From the NCBI GenBank assembly GCA_965205785.1, contig OZ242188.1:1349899-1381898 (forward strand): 32,000 bases of DNA, in the 5' to 3' direction. The stretch is from Nitrosomonadaceae bacterium. Lineage in GTDB: Bacteria; Pseudomonadota; Gammaproteobacteria; Burkholderiales; Nitrosomonadaceae. A program made the position numbers and the translations under genes. The notes under the pieces are model-generated. The model saw nothing but the letters and a program-made list of their open reading frames with translations, was not told the origin of the DNA and ran no database searches. Numbering within the stretch: the first letter of the stretch is position 1; every line of letters starts with the position of its first letter. Shown here in pieces: positions 1 to 10,214 of this stretch.

Positions 1-597
1 TTCTCTTTTAACTTTTAAGGCTGCTTGGTTAATTATTAGCCTTGCTGAAACAGGCATAATTTCTTCAACTGCTTTCAAATTATTTGCTTTTAGTGTGTTG
101 CCACTTGAAACTAGATCTACAATTACATCTGCCAGTCCTACCAGTGGAGCAAGCTCCATAGATCCATATAATTTAATAAGGTCAACATGCATACTTTTTT
201 CAGCAAAGTGTTCCTGAGCTGTACGTAGATATTTAGTTGCAACTCGTAAGCGTGCTCCCTGACGAACAGCAGCTTCATAATCAAAATCATTCCTCACTGC
301 TACCATCATACGACAGCGGGCAATATTTAAATCTAATGGTTGATAAAGCCCTGCTCCATCATGCTCAAGTAACACATCTTTTCCTGCTATACCTATGTCT
401 GCCGCACCATATTGCACATAAGTTGGCACATCAGAAGCACGTACAATAATAAGCGACACATTAGAGTTATTCGTTTTAAGTATTAGTTTGCGGGATTTTT
501 CAGGGTTATCAAGTGAGATAACACCGGCAGCCTTCAAAAGTGGGGCTGTTTCATCAAAAATACGGCCCTTTGAAAGGGCAATAGTTATAGCTGTCAT
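1..597 (-). CDS. hisG: ATP phosphoribosyltransferase (short-form HisG), C-terminus cut by window edge
   Basis: Absent from the ORF track because it runs off the window. Reverse-strand ATG at 597 (plus cat 595-597), open for all 199 codons down to position 1. Translation [26 protein letters not shown]...[25 protein letters not shown]...[24 protein letters not shown] is HisG-like. It lies directly downstream of murA on the same strand. Confidence 0.85.
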   Translation of the reverse strand, partial: MTAITIALSKGRIFDETAPLLKAAGVISLDNPEKSRKLILKTNNSNVSLIIVRASDVPTYVQYGAADIGIAGKDVLLEHDGAGLYQPLDLNIARCRMMVAVRNDFDYEAAVRQGARLRVATKYLRTAQEHFAEKSMHVDLIKLYGSMELAPLVGLADVIVDLVSSGNTLKANNLKAVEEIMPVSARLIINQAALKVKRE

Positions 598-659
598 AAT
601 ATAGCCTGTTAAAAGCATATTTTACCGCATAGAGAGAATATCTTCTGTAATAAATAATC

Positions 660-1916
<1,257 letters not shown>

Positions 1917-2126
1917 TTAGGAATATTATATTTAAAAATTTATATCAATCATTCCGAGTATATAGGTAGTGATAAATAATATCGGCATTAATTTTATTGG
2001 TTGAAATGTATCAAGGTTACCTTCATCATATCGCAATGGGTAATAGTATAAATATATGTTTTTAGGATTCTGCTTTGTGTATATAGTACAGTGGCATGCA
2101 GGTATCCGTACACCTTAGGAGATGAA

Positions 2127-2510
2127 ATGAAGAAACAAATTATTCAGACCGACGATGCACCTCAAGCTATAGGAACTTATTCTCAGGCAGTTCGTGTTGG
2201 TACAGGGGATACGGTTTACATATCAGGTCAGATTGGGCTAGATCCAAGTACCATGCAGATGGTAAGTGGGATTGAGGCTCAAATCCAGCAGGTATTTTTG
2301 AATTTGAAGGCAGTAACAGCGGCTAGTGGTGGCACCTTTGGAGACATTGTTAAGTTAAATATTTTTCTGACTGACCTTGATGACTTTGCCATGGTAAACA
2401 AAATTATGGCAAGCTATTTTGATAAACCATATCCAGCGCGGGCAGCAATCGGAGTGGTGGCACTCCCACGAGGAGCATTAGTGGAGATGGATGCGGTAAT
2501 GGTATTGTAG
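2127..2510 (+). CDS. ridA: RidA/YjgF/UK114 family reactive-intermediate (enamine/imine) deaminase
   Basis: Translation [36 protein letters not shown]...[22 protein letters not shown] is typical of the family. The ATG at 2127 is preferred over the track's GTG at 2091 because AGGAGA sits 6 nt upstream. Confidence 0.85.
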   Translation: MKKQIIQTDDAPQAIGTYSQAVRVGTGDTVYISGQIGLDPSTMQMVSGIEAQIQQVFLNLKAVTAASGGTFGDIVKLNIFLTDLDDFAMVNKIMASYFDKPYPARAAIGVVALPRGALVEMDAVMVL

Positions 2511-2512
2511 GT

Positions 2513-4609
2513 GTGAAGGGTAACGCCAAAAATAATTCTGTTATCCCTGATACTGGATGTTTTACAAGTAAGGTTGTACAGGAAAAATTTGCCAAACTTG
2601 GGGTACATAATGAAATTGGTTTAATATTACATTTACCTCTTCGCTATGAAGATGAGACACATCTTTGTCAGATTAGTGAGTTATCTGAGGGAGAGAAAGT
2701 ACAAGTCGAAGGTCTTATTATTTCTAGTGAAGTTATGTATCGACCAAGACGTCAGTTAGTTTTTCAGGTAGAGGATAGCAGTGGCATTCTCTTCATACGC
2801 CTTCTTAACTTTTATAGTAGCCAGTTAAAAACGTATTCAGTAGGTGCAAGAGTGCGTTTGCTAGGCGAACCTCGGCTTGGTTTCTTTGGTACCGAAATGG
2901 TACACCCAAAATGTCATATTGTGCGTGAAGGCGCACCATTACCAGACGCTTTAACGCCAGTTTATCCAACTACAGCGGGACTATCACAGGTAATGATTCG
3001 TAAGCTAGTTAAACAAGTGCTAACTGATGAATCTAAAGTCAGTAATCTGTCAGAAACTATTCCTATTCAAACTTTGAAGGATTATCGGTTAGATGGTTTT
3101 AGGGATAGTATTATGTTTTTACATCAACCGACATCAATGGTGTCATCTCATTTATTAGAAGAGCGTATTCATCCTGCTTGGTCGAGAATTAAGTTTGATG
3201 AGCTATTAGCTCAGCAATTATCCATGCGTTTACATTATAAGCAACGACATAGTCACCTTGCTCCCATGTTGCTGGATAAAAAAGAACTGACAGGAAAACT
3301 GCGTAAATTACTTTCTTTTAACCTTACTAGTGCACAAGAAAGAACTTTTTCAGAAATTAGCCTAGATCTTTCCAAAGCCTATCCTATGCAACGTCTATTG
3401 CAGGGAGATGTAGGAAGTGGAAAAACAGTAGTTGCAGCACTAGCAGCATTACAGGCTATAGAGAATGGCTTTCAGGTAGCTATCATGGCACCAACTGAAA
3501 TATTGGCTGAACAGCATTACCAGAAACTCTCAAATTGGTTTAAACCAATATTTAATTCTTTAGGAATATCAATTGCTTGGCTCTCTGGTAGCCAAAAAAA
3601 AATTCAGCGTAAGGAATCACTTTCTACAATTGCTACAGGTAACGCTATGCTTGCAATTGGGACACATGCACTATTTCAGGAGCAGGTGGAATTTAACAAA
3701 TTAGGGCTTGCAATTATAGATGAGCAACATCGTTTTGGTGTACACCAGCGACTGGCACTACGTATGAAATGTACTAAAGAAGGTATGGTACCTCATCAAT
3801 TAATGATGAGTGCAACGCCTATCCCGCGTACTCTTTCAATGAGTTACTATGCAGATCTTGATGTGTCAGTATTAAATGAACTGCCACCAGGAAGAATTCA
3901 TATAGTAACTAAATTATTTACTGATACTCGTCGTAAAGAAGTAGTTGTACGTATCAAAGAGGCATGTCGTGCAGGGAAACAGGCTTACTGGGTATGCCCT
4001 CTTATAGAAGAGTCAGAAGCTTTGCAGCTAAAGACTGCGTTAGAGACTTATGAAAAATTAAGTCAAATTTTTCCAGATCTGCAAGTTGGTCTGTTGCATG
4101 GAAGGCTTCCTCCGGATGAGAAATTATCAGTAATGGAGTTATTCAAGCAGGGTGAAATTCAGTTATTAGTTGCAACTACAGTAATTGAGGTGGGCGTTGA
4201 TGTTACTAATGCTTCATTAATGGTAATCGAGCATGCTGAGCGCATGGGGTTGTCACAGTTGCACCAGCTTCGAGGGCGTATAGGACGTGGTGCAGATGCT
4301 AGTGTATGTATCCTACTCTATCAGGAACCATTATCTGAAATTGCTCGTAAAAGGCTTCGAATAATTTTTGAAAATACCGATGGTTTTGAAATTTCCCGTC
4401 AAGATTTACTTTTACGTGGGCCTGGTGAATTCTTTGGTATACGCCAGAGTGGTGTTCCTATGTTGCGTTTTGCAGATCCTGTGCGAGATGAGAGCTTACT
4501 TAAAGATGCGCGTGATGTTGCTGAAGAAATGTTGAGTGGTCATCCTAAATTAGCTCAACGTCATCTTCAGCGATGGCTGGGAAAGAAAAGTGATTATATT
4601 AAGGTATAA
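2513..4609 (+). CDS. recG: ATP-dependent DNA helicase RecG
   Basis: 698-aa ORF with an N-terminal wedge/OB region, Walker A GDVGSGKT, DEQHRFG (motif II), SATPIPRT and QLHQLRGRIGRG. GTG start 3 nt after the ridA stop. Confidence 0.93.
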   Translation: MKGNAKNNSVIPDTGCFTSKVVQEKFAKLGVHNEIGLILHLPLRYEDETHLCQISELSEGEKVQVEGLIISSEVMYRPRRQLVFQVEDSSGILFIRLLNFYSSQLKTYSVGARVRLLGEPRLGFFGTEMVHPKCHIVREGAPLPDALTPVYPTTAGLSQVMIRKLVKQVLTDESKVSNLSETIPIQTLKDYRLDGFRDSIMFLHQPTSMVSSHLLEERIHPAWSRIKFDELLAQQLSMRLHYKQRHSHLAPMLLDKKELTGKLRKLLSFNLTSAQERTFSEISLDLSKAYPMQRLLQGDVGSGKTVVAALAALQAIENGFQVAIMAPTEILAEQHYQKLSNWFKPIFNSLGISIAWLSGSQKKIQRKESLSTIATGNAMLAIGTHALFQEQVEFNKLGLAIIDEQHRFGVHQRLALRMKCTKEGMVPHQLMMSATPIPRTLSMSYYADLDVSVLNELPPGRIHIVTKLFTDTRRKEVVVRIKEACRAGKQAYWVCPLIEESEALQLKTALETYEKLSQIFPDLQVGLLHGRLPPDEKLSVMELFKQGEIQLLVATTVIEVGVDVTNASLMVIEHAERMGLSQLHQLRGRIGRGADASVCILLYQEPLSEIARKRLRIIFENTDGFEISRQDLLLRGPGEFFGIRQSGVPMLRFADPVRDESLLKDARDVAEEMLSGHPKLAQRHLQRWLGKKSDYIKV

Positions 4610-4751
4610 ATATGAAAGATTCACGGGTTATTAGGTTGAAGGAATTTTTAAATCTATTTTAGATGAGCTTGATTAGAAAGTTCTGAGTATTCCCGTATCA
4701 GATATACTGCCAGGTGTATAATCTACGACTTAGTGTTTCCAATATTTAGTA

Positions 4752-6149
4752 ATGATCCATAAATCTTTACACCGAATTTTTAGCCAAGATTCCTCTACTT
4801 TTTCTTCAGAATCTATAACTACTGAGCTACGAATTATTCCACGTAAGCAACATGGTCTCATTCGCAATAGTATAAGTTCTTGTGCAACTAAAATTACCTT
4901 AGATTTACAGAGAGCAGGATATTTTGCTTTTATAGTGGGAGGCGCAGTACGTGACTTACTGTTGGGGCTAAAGCCAAAAGATTTTGACATTGCTACAAAT
5001 GCCAAACCTGATGAAATACGTGTTCTTTTTCGTCGTTCACGCATTATTGGGCGCCGTTTTCGTTTAGTACATGTTATGTGTGGATCCGAGACTGTAGAGG
5101 TATCTACATTTCGTGGTGATTCATTTACTAATAAGAATAATGAGCTCATGCCACACCTTCAGGCTGACGAGCATGGAAGAATCTTGAGAGATAACGTATT
5201 TGGTAGTCAAGAAGAAGATGTAAAGCGCCGTGATTTTACTGTTAACGCATTATTCTATGATCCAAATAAAGAAGAAATCTGGGATTATCTAAGTGGATAC
5301 AGTGATATTAAGTCAAGGCAGTTACGTATTATTGGTATGCCACTACAGCGTTACCGTGAGGATCCGGTACGTATGTTGCGGGCAGTGCGGCTTGCAGCTA
5401 AGCTTGACATGAAAATAGATACTGCTACTGCTAAGCCCATAGGCGATCTTGCTCCATTATTGCAAAATGTACCACCATCAAGACTATTTGATGAAATTTT
5501 AAAGATATTATTATGTGGCCATGCTCAAACTTGTGTGGCAGATTTACAGACACGTGGGTTGTATCATGGTTTGTTGCCAGTATTAGATGTGGTGCTTACT
5601 GAATCGGTAGATGAGCGTTTCATTTCACTTGTATTAAAGAATACTGATAAGCGTGTATACGAGGAGAAATCTGTATCTCCTGGTTTCCTATTTGCCGCAT
5701 TAATGTGGCACGAGGTATTGGCAATATGGAATAAACGTAAGGCAGATGGAGAGAAATCTATCTCTGCTCTGTACATGGCAATAAAAGATGTGATGGCAAG
5801 TCAAGACAAGAAACTAATAATCCCACGTAGATATGATGCAATTATGCAAGAGATCTGGGTAATGCAACCACGTTTCCTTGGCAGAGCTGGACGTAAGCCA
5901 TTCCGTTTGCTGGAGCATCCACGCTTCAGGGCAGCCTATGATTTTATGTTGTTACGTTGTGAGAGTGGTGAGATAGATATGGAGTTGGGAAATTGGTGGG
6001 AAACATTTCAGCATGCTAAAGCCAGTGATCGAGAAGATATGCTATTTAGAAATGAAGCTCCAAAAAAACGAAGAAGAAGGCGAAAGAAAAATGAAACTGT
6101 GACTGAAAGTACACAAAGTATAAATTCAGTTTCAGGATCTGCAAAATAA
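4752..6149 (+). CDS. pcnB: poly(A) polymerase I
   Basis: 465 aa. Nucleotidyltransferase motif FIVGGAVRDLLLG..PKDFDIAT, RDFT(V)NALFYD and a basic C-terminal tail KKRRRRRKK. The pcnB-folK adjacency is conserved. Confidence 0.9.
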   Translation: MIHKSLHRIFSQDSSTFSSESITTELRIIPRKQHGLIRNSISSCATKITLDLQRAGYFAFIVGGAVRDLLLGLKPKDFDIATNAKPDEIRVLFRRSRIIGRRFRLVHVMCGSETVEVSTFRGDSFTNKNNELMPHLQADEHGRILRDNVFGSQEEDVKRRDFTVNALFYDPNKEEIWDYLSGYSDIKSRQLRIIGMPLQRYREDPVRMLRAVRLAAKLDMKIDTATAKPIGDLAPLLQNVPPSRLFDEILKILLCGHAQTCVADLQTRGLYHGLLPVLDVVLTESVDERFISLVLKNTDKRVYEEKSVSPGFLFAALMWHEVLAIWNKRKADGEKSISALYMAIKDVMASQDKKLIIPRRYDAIMQEIWVMQPRFLGRAGRKPFRLLEHPRFRAAYDFMLLRCESGEIDMELGNWWETFQHAKASDREDMLFRNEAPKKRRRRRKKNETVTESTQSINSVSGSAK

Positions 6150-6167
6150 TTAATATTAGGTGCTATA

Positions 6168-6659
6168 TTGGGTCCTATTTTCCAAGTATTCATTGCTTTA
6201 GGTAGTAATTTGGAGGATCCAGTATTTCAGGTTCGGAAAGCACTTGATGAAATTGCAATACTTCCTGAAAGTAATTTGTTAGCTTGTTCCTCTCTTTATC
6301 GGAGTGCACCAATTAGGAAGTGTGATCAGCCTGATTTTATTAATGCTGTAGTACAGATTGAAACTACTCTTTCTCCACATAACTTACTCAAAGCACTTCT
6401 ACAAATTGAGCAAAATCATGGTCGTGTACGAAGGTTGCCAAATGATCCTCGTACACTGGATCTGGATATACTGATGTATGATAAATTAGAATGTAATATG
6501 CACAACCTGATTCTTCCACATCCGAGAATGCATCAACGCGCTTTCGTATTAATGCCTCTAATGGAAATTTCGAAAGATTGTTTTATTCCTGGCCGTGGTA
6601 CTGTAGCTGAATTACTGTCAGCCTGTGCTGAACAACGACTTGAGAGAGAGCAAAATTAG
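6168..6659 (+). CDS. folK: 2-amino-4-hydroxy-6-hydroxymethyldihydropteridine diphosphokinase (HPPK)
   Basis: 163 aa. IALGSNL...Y.S.P....DQPDF.NAVV...T..P..LL..L..IE...GR.R...N.PRTLDLDIL is the HPPK pattern. TTG start at 6168 is preceded by AGGTG. Confidence 0.9.
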   Translation: MGPIFQVFIALGSNLEDPVFQVRKALDEIAILPESNLLACSSLYRSAPIRKCDQPDFINAVVQIETTLSPHNLLKALLQIEQNHGRVRRLPNDPRTLDLDILMYDKLECNMHNLILPHPRMHQRAFVLMPLMEISKDCFIPGRGTVAELLSACAEQRLEREQN

Positions 6660-7300
6660 TGAAGCTGGAAAAATATCGTTATATTGTGATTGAGGGACCA
6701 ATAGGTGTAGGTAAGACCAGTCTAGCCAGACGTATTGCGGATTACCTAGGCAGCGCATTATTATTGGAAGAGCCAGCAGAAAATCCATTTCTTGAAAAAT
6801 TTTATAGTGATATATCTAGGTACGCTTTACCAACACAATTATTTTTTCTTTTTCAGCGCAATAATCAAGTACAAAGTCTGGCACAAATGGATATGTTTAC
6901 TCGAGTGATAGTAAGTGATTTTTTACTTGAGAAAGATCAATTATTTGCTAAGCTTACATTAAGTGATGCTGAGCATAATCTCTATCAGAGTATCTACAGT
7001 CATTTGCAGCCCAAGGCTATACTGCCTGACTTAGTGATTTACTTACAGGCATCGCCTAGTACGCTTATTGATAGAGTAAAGCAGCGTGGTAGCGCTTTTG
7101 AGAGAAATATTTCTGAAGATTATCTATGGCGATTATCTGAGGCCTATACACGATTCTTTTATCAATATGAAGGTGCTCCAGTCATGATTGTAAATAGCGA
7201 GAATTTAAATTTTGTTGAGAACCAGCCGGATTTTGATTTATTACTACAAAGGTTAGAACAAATGCGTGGCCCACGCGAATATTTTAACTGGGGAAGATAG
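6659..7300 (+). CDS. deoxynucleoside kinase family protein
   Basis: 213 aa. P-loop IEGPIGVGKTSLA, ENPFLEKFY and the ...DR...R.R..E....YL..L tail are typical of dAK/dCK/dGK-type kinases. The GTG start overlaps the folK stop by 1 nt. Confidence 0.8.
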   Translation: MKLEKYRYIVIEGPIGVGKTSLARRIADYLGSALLLEEPAENPFLEKFYSDISRYALPTQLFFLFQRNNQVQSLAQMDMFTRVIVSDFLLEKDQLFAKLTLSDAEHNLYQSIYSHLQPKAILPDLVIYLQASPSTLIDRVKQRGSAFERNISEDYLWRLSEAYTRFFYQYEGAPVMIVNSENLNFVENQPDFDLLLQRLEQMRGPREYFNWGR

Positions 7301-7309
7301 GACTTAAAC

Positions 7310-8101
7310 ATGCGCACTACACAAAAGACTTTACAAAAAATGTGTGATAGTGGGGAAAAGATTGCCGCACTTACATGTTATGACGCAAGTTTTGCTTCGT
7401 TATTAGAAGATTCAGGTGTTGATATTCTATTGGTGGGAGACTCATTAGGTAATGTATTACAAGGAGAGAAGACAACATTATCTGTGAAACTGGATGATAT
7501 GGTTTATCACACACGATGTGTAGCTCGAGGTTCAAGTAAGTCATTTATCATGACTGATATGCCCTTTGGTACATCTCAGGTATCGCCGGAGAATACGTTT
7601 GAAAATGCAGCTAAACTAATGTCTGCAGGTGCAAGCATGGTAAAAATTGAGGGAGGGAGTGTGATGGCTGAGACTATTAGATTCTTGTCTCATCGTGGCA
7701 TACCAGTATGTGCGCATATTGGCCTAATGCCTCAATCTATACATGTGTTAGGAGGGTATAAAGTACAAGGTAAATCTAAAAATCAAGCAAATCAACTGTT
7801 GGAGGATGCAGTTATCCTGGAAGAGGCCGGTGCAGGTATGCTACTAATGGAAGCTGTTCCAGCTACTCTAGCAAAGAAAATAACTAAGAAGCTAAATATA
7901 CCCACGATAGGTATTGGTGCAGGAGTTGATTGTGATGCACAAGTGCTGGTGTTGTATGACATACTCGGGATTTATTCTGGAAAAAAATCAAGATTCATTA
8001 AAAATTTTATGGATGATGTAGGTAATGTCAATGAAGCAGTGGAGAATTACGTTAAAGAAGTTAAATCTAAAAAATTCCCTAAGTTAGAACATGGATTCTA
8101 G
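7310..8101 (+). CDS. panB: 3-methyl-2-oxobutanoate hydroxymethyltransferase
   Basis: 263 aa. LTCYDASFA....GVD.LLVGDSLG.V.QG, KIEGG and IGIGAG..CDAQVLV are PanB motifs. Confidence 0.95.
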   Translation: MRTTQKTLQKMCDSGEKIAALTCYDASFASLLEDSGVDILLVGDSLGNVLQGEKTTLSVKLDDMVYHTRCVARGSSKSFIMTDMPFGTSQVSPENTFENAAKLMSAGASMVKIEGGSVMAETIRFLSHRGIPVCAHIGLMPQSIHVLGGYKVQGKSKNQANQLLEDAVILEEAGAGMLLMEAVPATLAKKITKKLNIPTIGIGAGVDCDAQVLVLYDILGIYSGKKSRFIKNFMDDVGNVNEAVENYVKEVKSKKFPKLEHGF

Positions 8102-8114
8102 TATATAAATTAGT

Positions 8115-8951
8115 GTGGAGATAATTACTGATATTTCATCCCTGCGCTTGCGACTTAAGTCCGAGCATTATGTTGTATTTGTTCCGACTATGGGTAACTT
8201 GCATGAAGGCCATTTATCATTATTACAAATTGCGAAACAAAAGTCTGGTTGTTTAGTAGCCAGTATTTTTGTAAATCGTTTGCAATTTGGACGGACTAGT
8301 GATTTTGATCGATACCCACGCACTCCAATAGATGATTTCAAATTATTAGAGAATTATGGAGTTGATGTAGTATTTTCTCCCACAGAGAAGGATATTTATC
8401 CAGTGCAGCAGGAGTTCCTTATAGAGCCTCCGCCTCTGGCAAATATTTTAGAAGGAAAATTTAGGCCCGGATTTTTTTGTGGCGTAGCTACGTTAGTCTT
8501 AAAACTTTTTAATCTTGTACAGCCACAACTAGCCATTTTTGGAAAAAAAGACTACCAACAGTTATGTATTTTACGTGCAATGGTGCAACAGCTGAATCTA
8601 TCTATTGAAATTGATGCAGGCGAAACTATACGTACATCTGATGGGCTAGCTCTGAGTTCCCGTAACCGTTATCTCAATAGTGAAGAACGTACGGAGGCCG
8701 CACGTCTGTTTCAAGTTTTATCTAAAATAAAACAGGAAATAGAAGCTGGAAATAGAAACTTCAAGAAGTTACAAGATATCGCAAAAGAAACACTCGTAAA
8801 TTATGGCTGGAAAGTTGATTACATAGCATTACGACAAAGTGACACCCTTGCTCCGGTTCAGATAAGTGACCGTGGTTTAATAGTGCTAGGGGCGGCAAAA
8901 TTAGGTTCAACTCGATTAATAGATAACCTTGAGATATCTACAGAAATTTAG
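8115..8951 (+). CDS. panC: pantoate--beta-alanine ligase (pantothenate synthetase)
   Basis: 278 aa. VPTMGNLHEGHLSL, SIFVNRLQF, FGKKDYQQL and ALSSRN are PanC motifs. GTG start. Confidence 0.93.
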   Translation: MEIITDISSLRLRLKSEHYVVFVPTMGNLHEGHLSLLQIAKQKSGCLVASIFVNRLQFGRTSDFDRYPRTPIDDFKLLENYGVDVVFSPTEKDIYPVQQEFLIEPPPLANILEGKFRPGFFCGVATLVLKLFNLVQPQLAIFGKKDYQQLCILRAMVQQLNLSIEIDAGETIRTSDGLALSSRNRYLNSEERTEAARLFQVLSKIKQEIEAGNRNFKKLQDIAKETLVNYGWKVDYIALRQSDTLAPVQISDRGLIVLGAAKLGSTRLIDNLEISTEI

Positions 8952-9003
8952 ACTACTTTATTGGATTGTTTCTGCTGTTTTTAAAAACTACTGATTCACC
9001 TGA

Positions 9004-9027
9004 CCCTGCTCTCCGATGAGAGCAGGG
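9004..9027. terminator. GC-rich hairpin between convergent panC and amoC (possible terminator or RNA 3'-end stabiliser)
   Basis: CCCTGCTCT (9004-9012) pairs perfectly with AGAGCAGGG (9019-9027) around a 6-nt loop. No immediate U-tract follows on either strand, so it is not a textbook intrinsic terminator. Confidence 0.35.
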
Positions 9028-9053
9028 GGGTGTAGTAGGAGGACAGTTAAAGA

Positions 9054-9866
9054 TTAGAGCCGGTTGTTTAGAATGACCTTGCTTTGGTTATTCCAGATCA
9101 CATCTGTCAGATTGGAGTAGCGCGTGATGATTTGTGCTGCAACTCCGCCAGCAAACAGGCCAGACCAACCCAGAATCACGAATCCCCAATGCAATGGAGC
9201 ACTGAAGAGTTCTTCCATGAACCAGAAGGCATGTCCCCATTCGTTAAGACCAACGTTTGGCAGAATCATCAGCGGACCGGCAATCGCAAATACCAAAGGA
9301 AACGATGTGCCTCTGCTGTATTGCGGCAAACGGGTCATAGCATACAGATAACTGGCAATCCCGCAGACAATGTACATTGGGAAGGAACCATAGAATACGA
9401 CGACATGACTAGGAGTAAAACTAGTGTCGCGTATGATCACCTGGTGCCATGAAGCATCTTGCTCGGTGAAGAAGCTGCCACCCCAGTACACACCAAAGAG
9501 GTAAACGCCCAGCCACATCATCCAGTAGAAATAACGCTTGATTTCCAGCTTCGGATCCAGGTTATCCAGTTGTTCTTTAGTATCCCGTGTTTTCCAGAGC
9601 CAGCCCCAGGTCACTAATGCAAATGTTGGCCATACAACCATGTGTACACGCCACAGACCCATCCAGACTTTCTCGAATTCTGGTTCCATTGAGTCCATTC
9701 CATGTGAGTAGGCAAAGGTACGCTGATACCAAATCCAGAATATTGCCACTGCCAGCATGAGTGCCATGCCAAATTTATAGTACTTTGAGTCATACCACTG
9801 TGACTGATCCCAGGAGCCCGAAGACGCTGTGGCTGCCGTTCCAGTCGTTCCGTATGTTGTTGCCAT
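9054..9866 (-). CDS. amoC: ammonia monooxygenase subunit C, singleton copy (no amoA/amoB adjacent)
   Basis: Translation MATTYGTTG...YYKFG...[12 protein letters not shown]...WMGLWRV...[23 protein letters not shown]...[28 protein letters not shown] is clearly betaproteobacterial AmoC/PmoC family. The ATG at 9866 is preferred over the track's TTG at 9884 because AGGAGA lies 6 nt upstream of it. Confidence 0.93.
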   Translation of the reverse strand: MATTYGTTGTAATASSGSWDQSQWYDSKYYKFGMALMLAVAIFWIWYQRTFAYSHGMDSMEPEFEKVWMGLWRVHMVVWPTFALVTWGWLWKTRDTKEQLDNLDPKLEIKRYFYWMMWLGVYLFGVYWGGSFFTEQDASWHQVIIRDTSFTPSHVVVFYGSFPMYIVCGIASYLYAMTRLPQYSRGTSFPLVFAIAGPLMILPNVGLNEWGHAFWFMEELFSAPLHWGFVILGWSGLFAGGVAAQIITRYSNLTDVIWNNQSKVILNNRL

Positions 9867-9955
9867 GTTGTTTCTCCTATTCAAATAAATATAAAAAACT
9901 ATTTACACCATTAACTATCTGTATTGATAAATAGCTCTCGATGATCTAATTAACG

Positions 9956-9990
9956 GAGGCTTTGACTCTTTTATTGAGGCTTTTACTCTT
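9956..9990. repeat. tandem imperfect 15-bp direct repeat upstream of amoC
   Basis: gaggctttgactctt (9956-9970) and gaggcttttactctt (9976-9990) match at 14/15 with a 20-bp period. They lie 90-124 nt upstream of the amoC ATG. Confidence 0.6.
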
Positions 9991-10014
9991 CTCGCAGATG
10001 ATCAGCTCGTTCAG

Positions 10015-10042
10015 ATTAGCCGACAGAAGTGCCTCAAGTCAA
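10015..10042 (-). promoter_or_regulatory. candidate sigma70-type promoter for amoC
   Basis: On the reverse strand: TTGACT (plus 10037-10042), a 16-nt spacer, then GCTAAT (plus 10015-10020). This would give a roughly 140-nt leader containing the tandem repeat. Pattern match only. Confidence 0.25.
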
Positions 10043-10214
10043 GCAATTTGTTACATAAATTGAGTAATATATCTGTTCTGAAGAGAACGAAATAAGTAGT
10101 CTTTTTGAGGGTAAATTTATATATTTTCTACTGGAAGGATAATCAATCTTAGAATTTCATGGATAATGTATTTAAATCCATATAAAAGAATTGTTTTGAG
10201 AATAAAATTTTAGT

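Noticed and set aside
2091-2126. N-terminal extensions in the ORF track (2091 ridA, 9884 amoC, 27153 transposase, 28412 RND pump, 17314 nfu)
   Set aside because: They use GTG/TTG or upstream ATG codons without an RBS. Downstream ATGs have good Shine-Dalgarno spacing and give canonical family N-termini.
4694-4722. TATAAT hexamer (4717-4722) upstream of pcnB as a promoter
   Set aside because: No acceptable -35 lies at 16-18 nt (CGTATC). A lone -10 match in AT-rich DNA is weak evidence.
4730-5149. 139-aa minus-strand ORF
   Set aside because: It is antisense to the pcnB N-terminal region, which has clear nucleotidyltransferase motifs. Its Arg/Ser-rich translation is typical of a shadow frame.
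8977-8988. Perfect palindrome GTTTTTAAAAAC after panC
   Set aside because: The stem is almost entirely A:T and would be unstable. It is more likely chance in AT-rich intergenic DNA than a terminator.
9084-9452. 122-aa and 75-aa plus-strand ORFs
   Set aside because: Both are antisense to the highly conserved amoC coding sequence.
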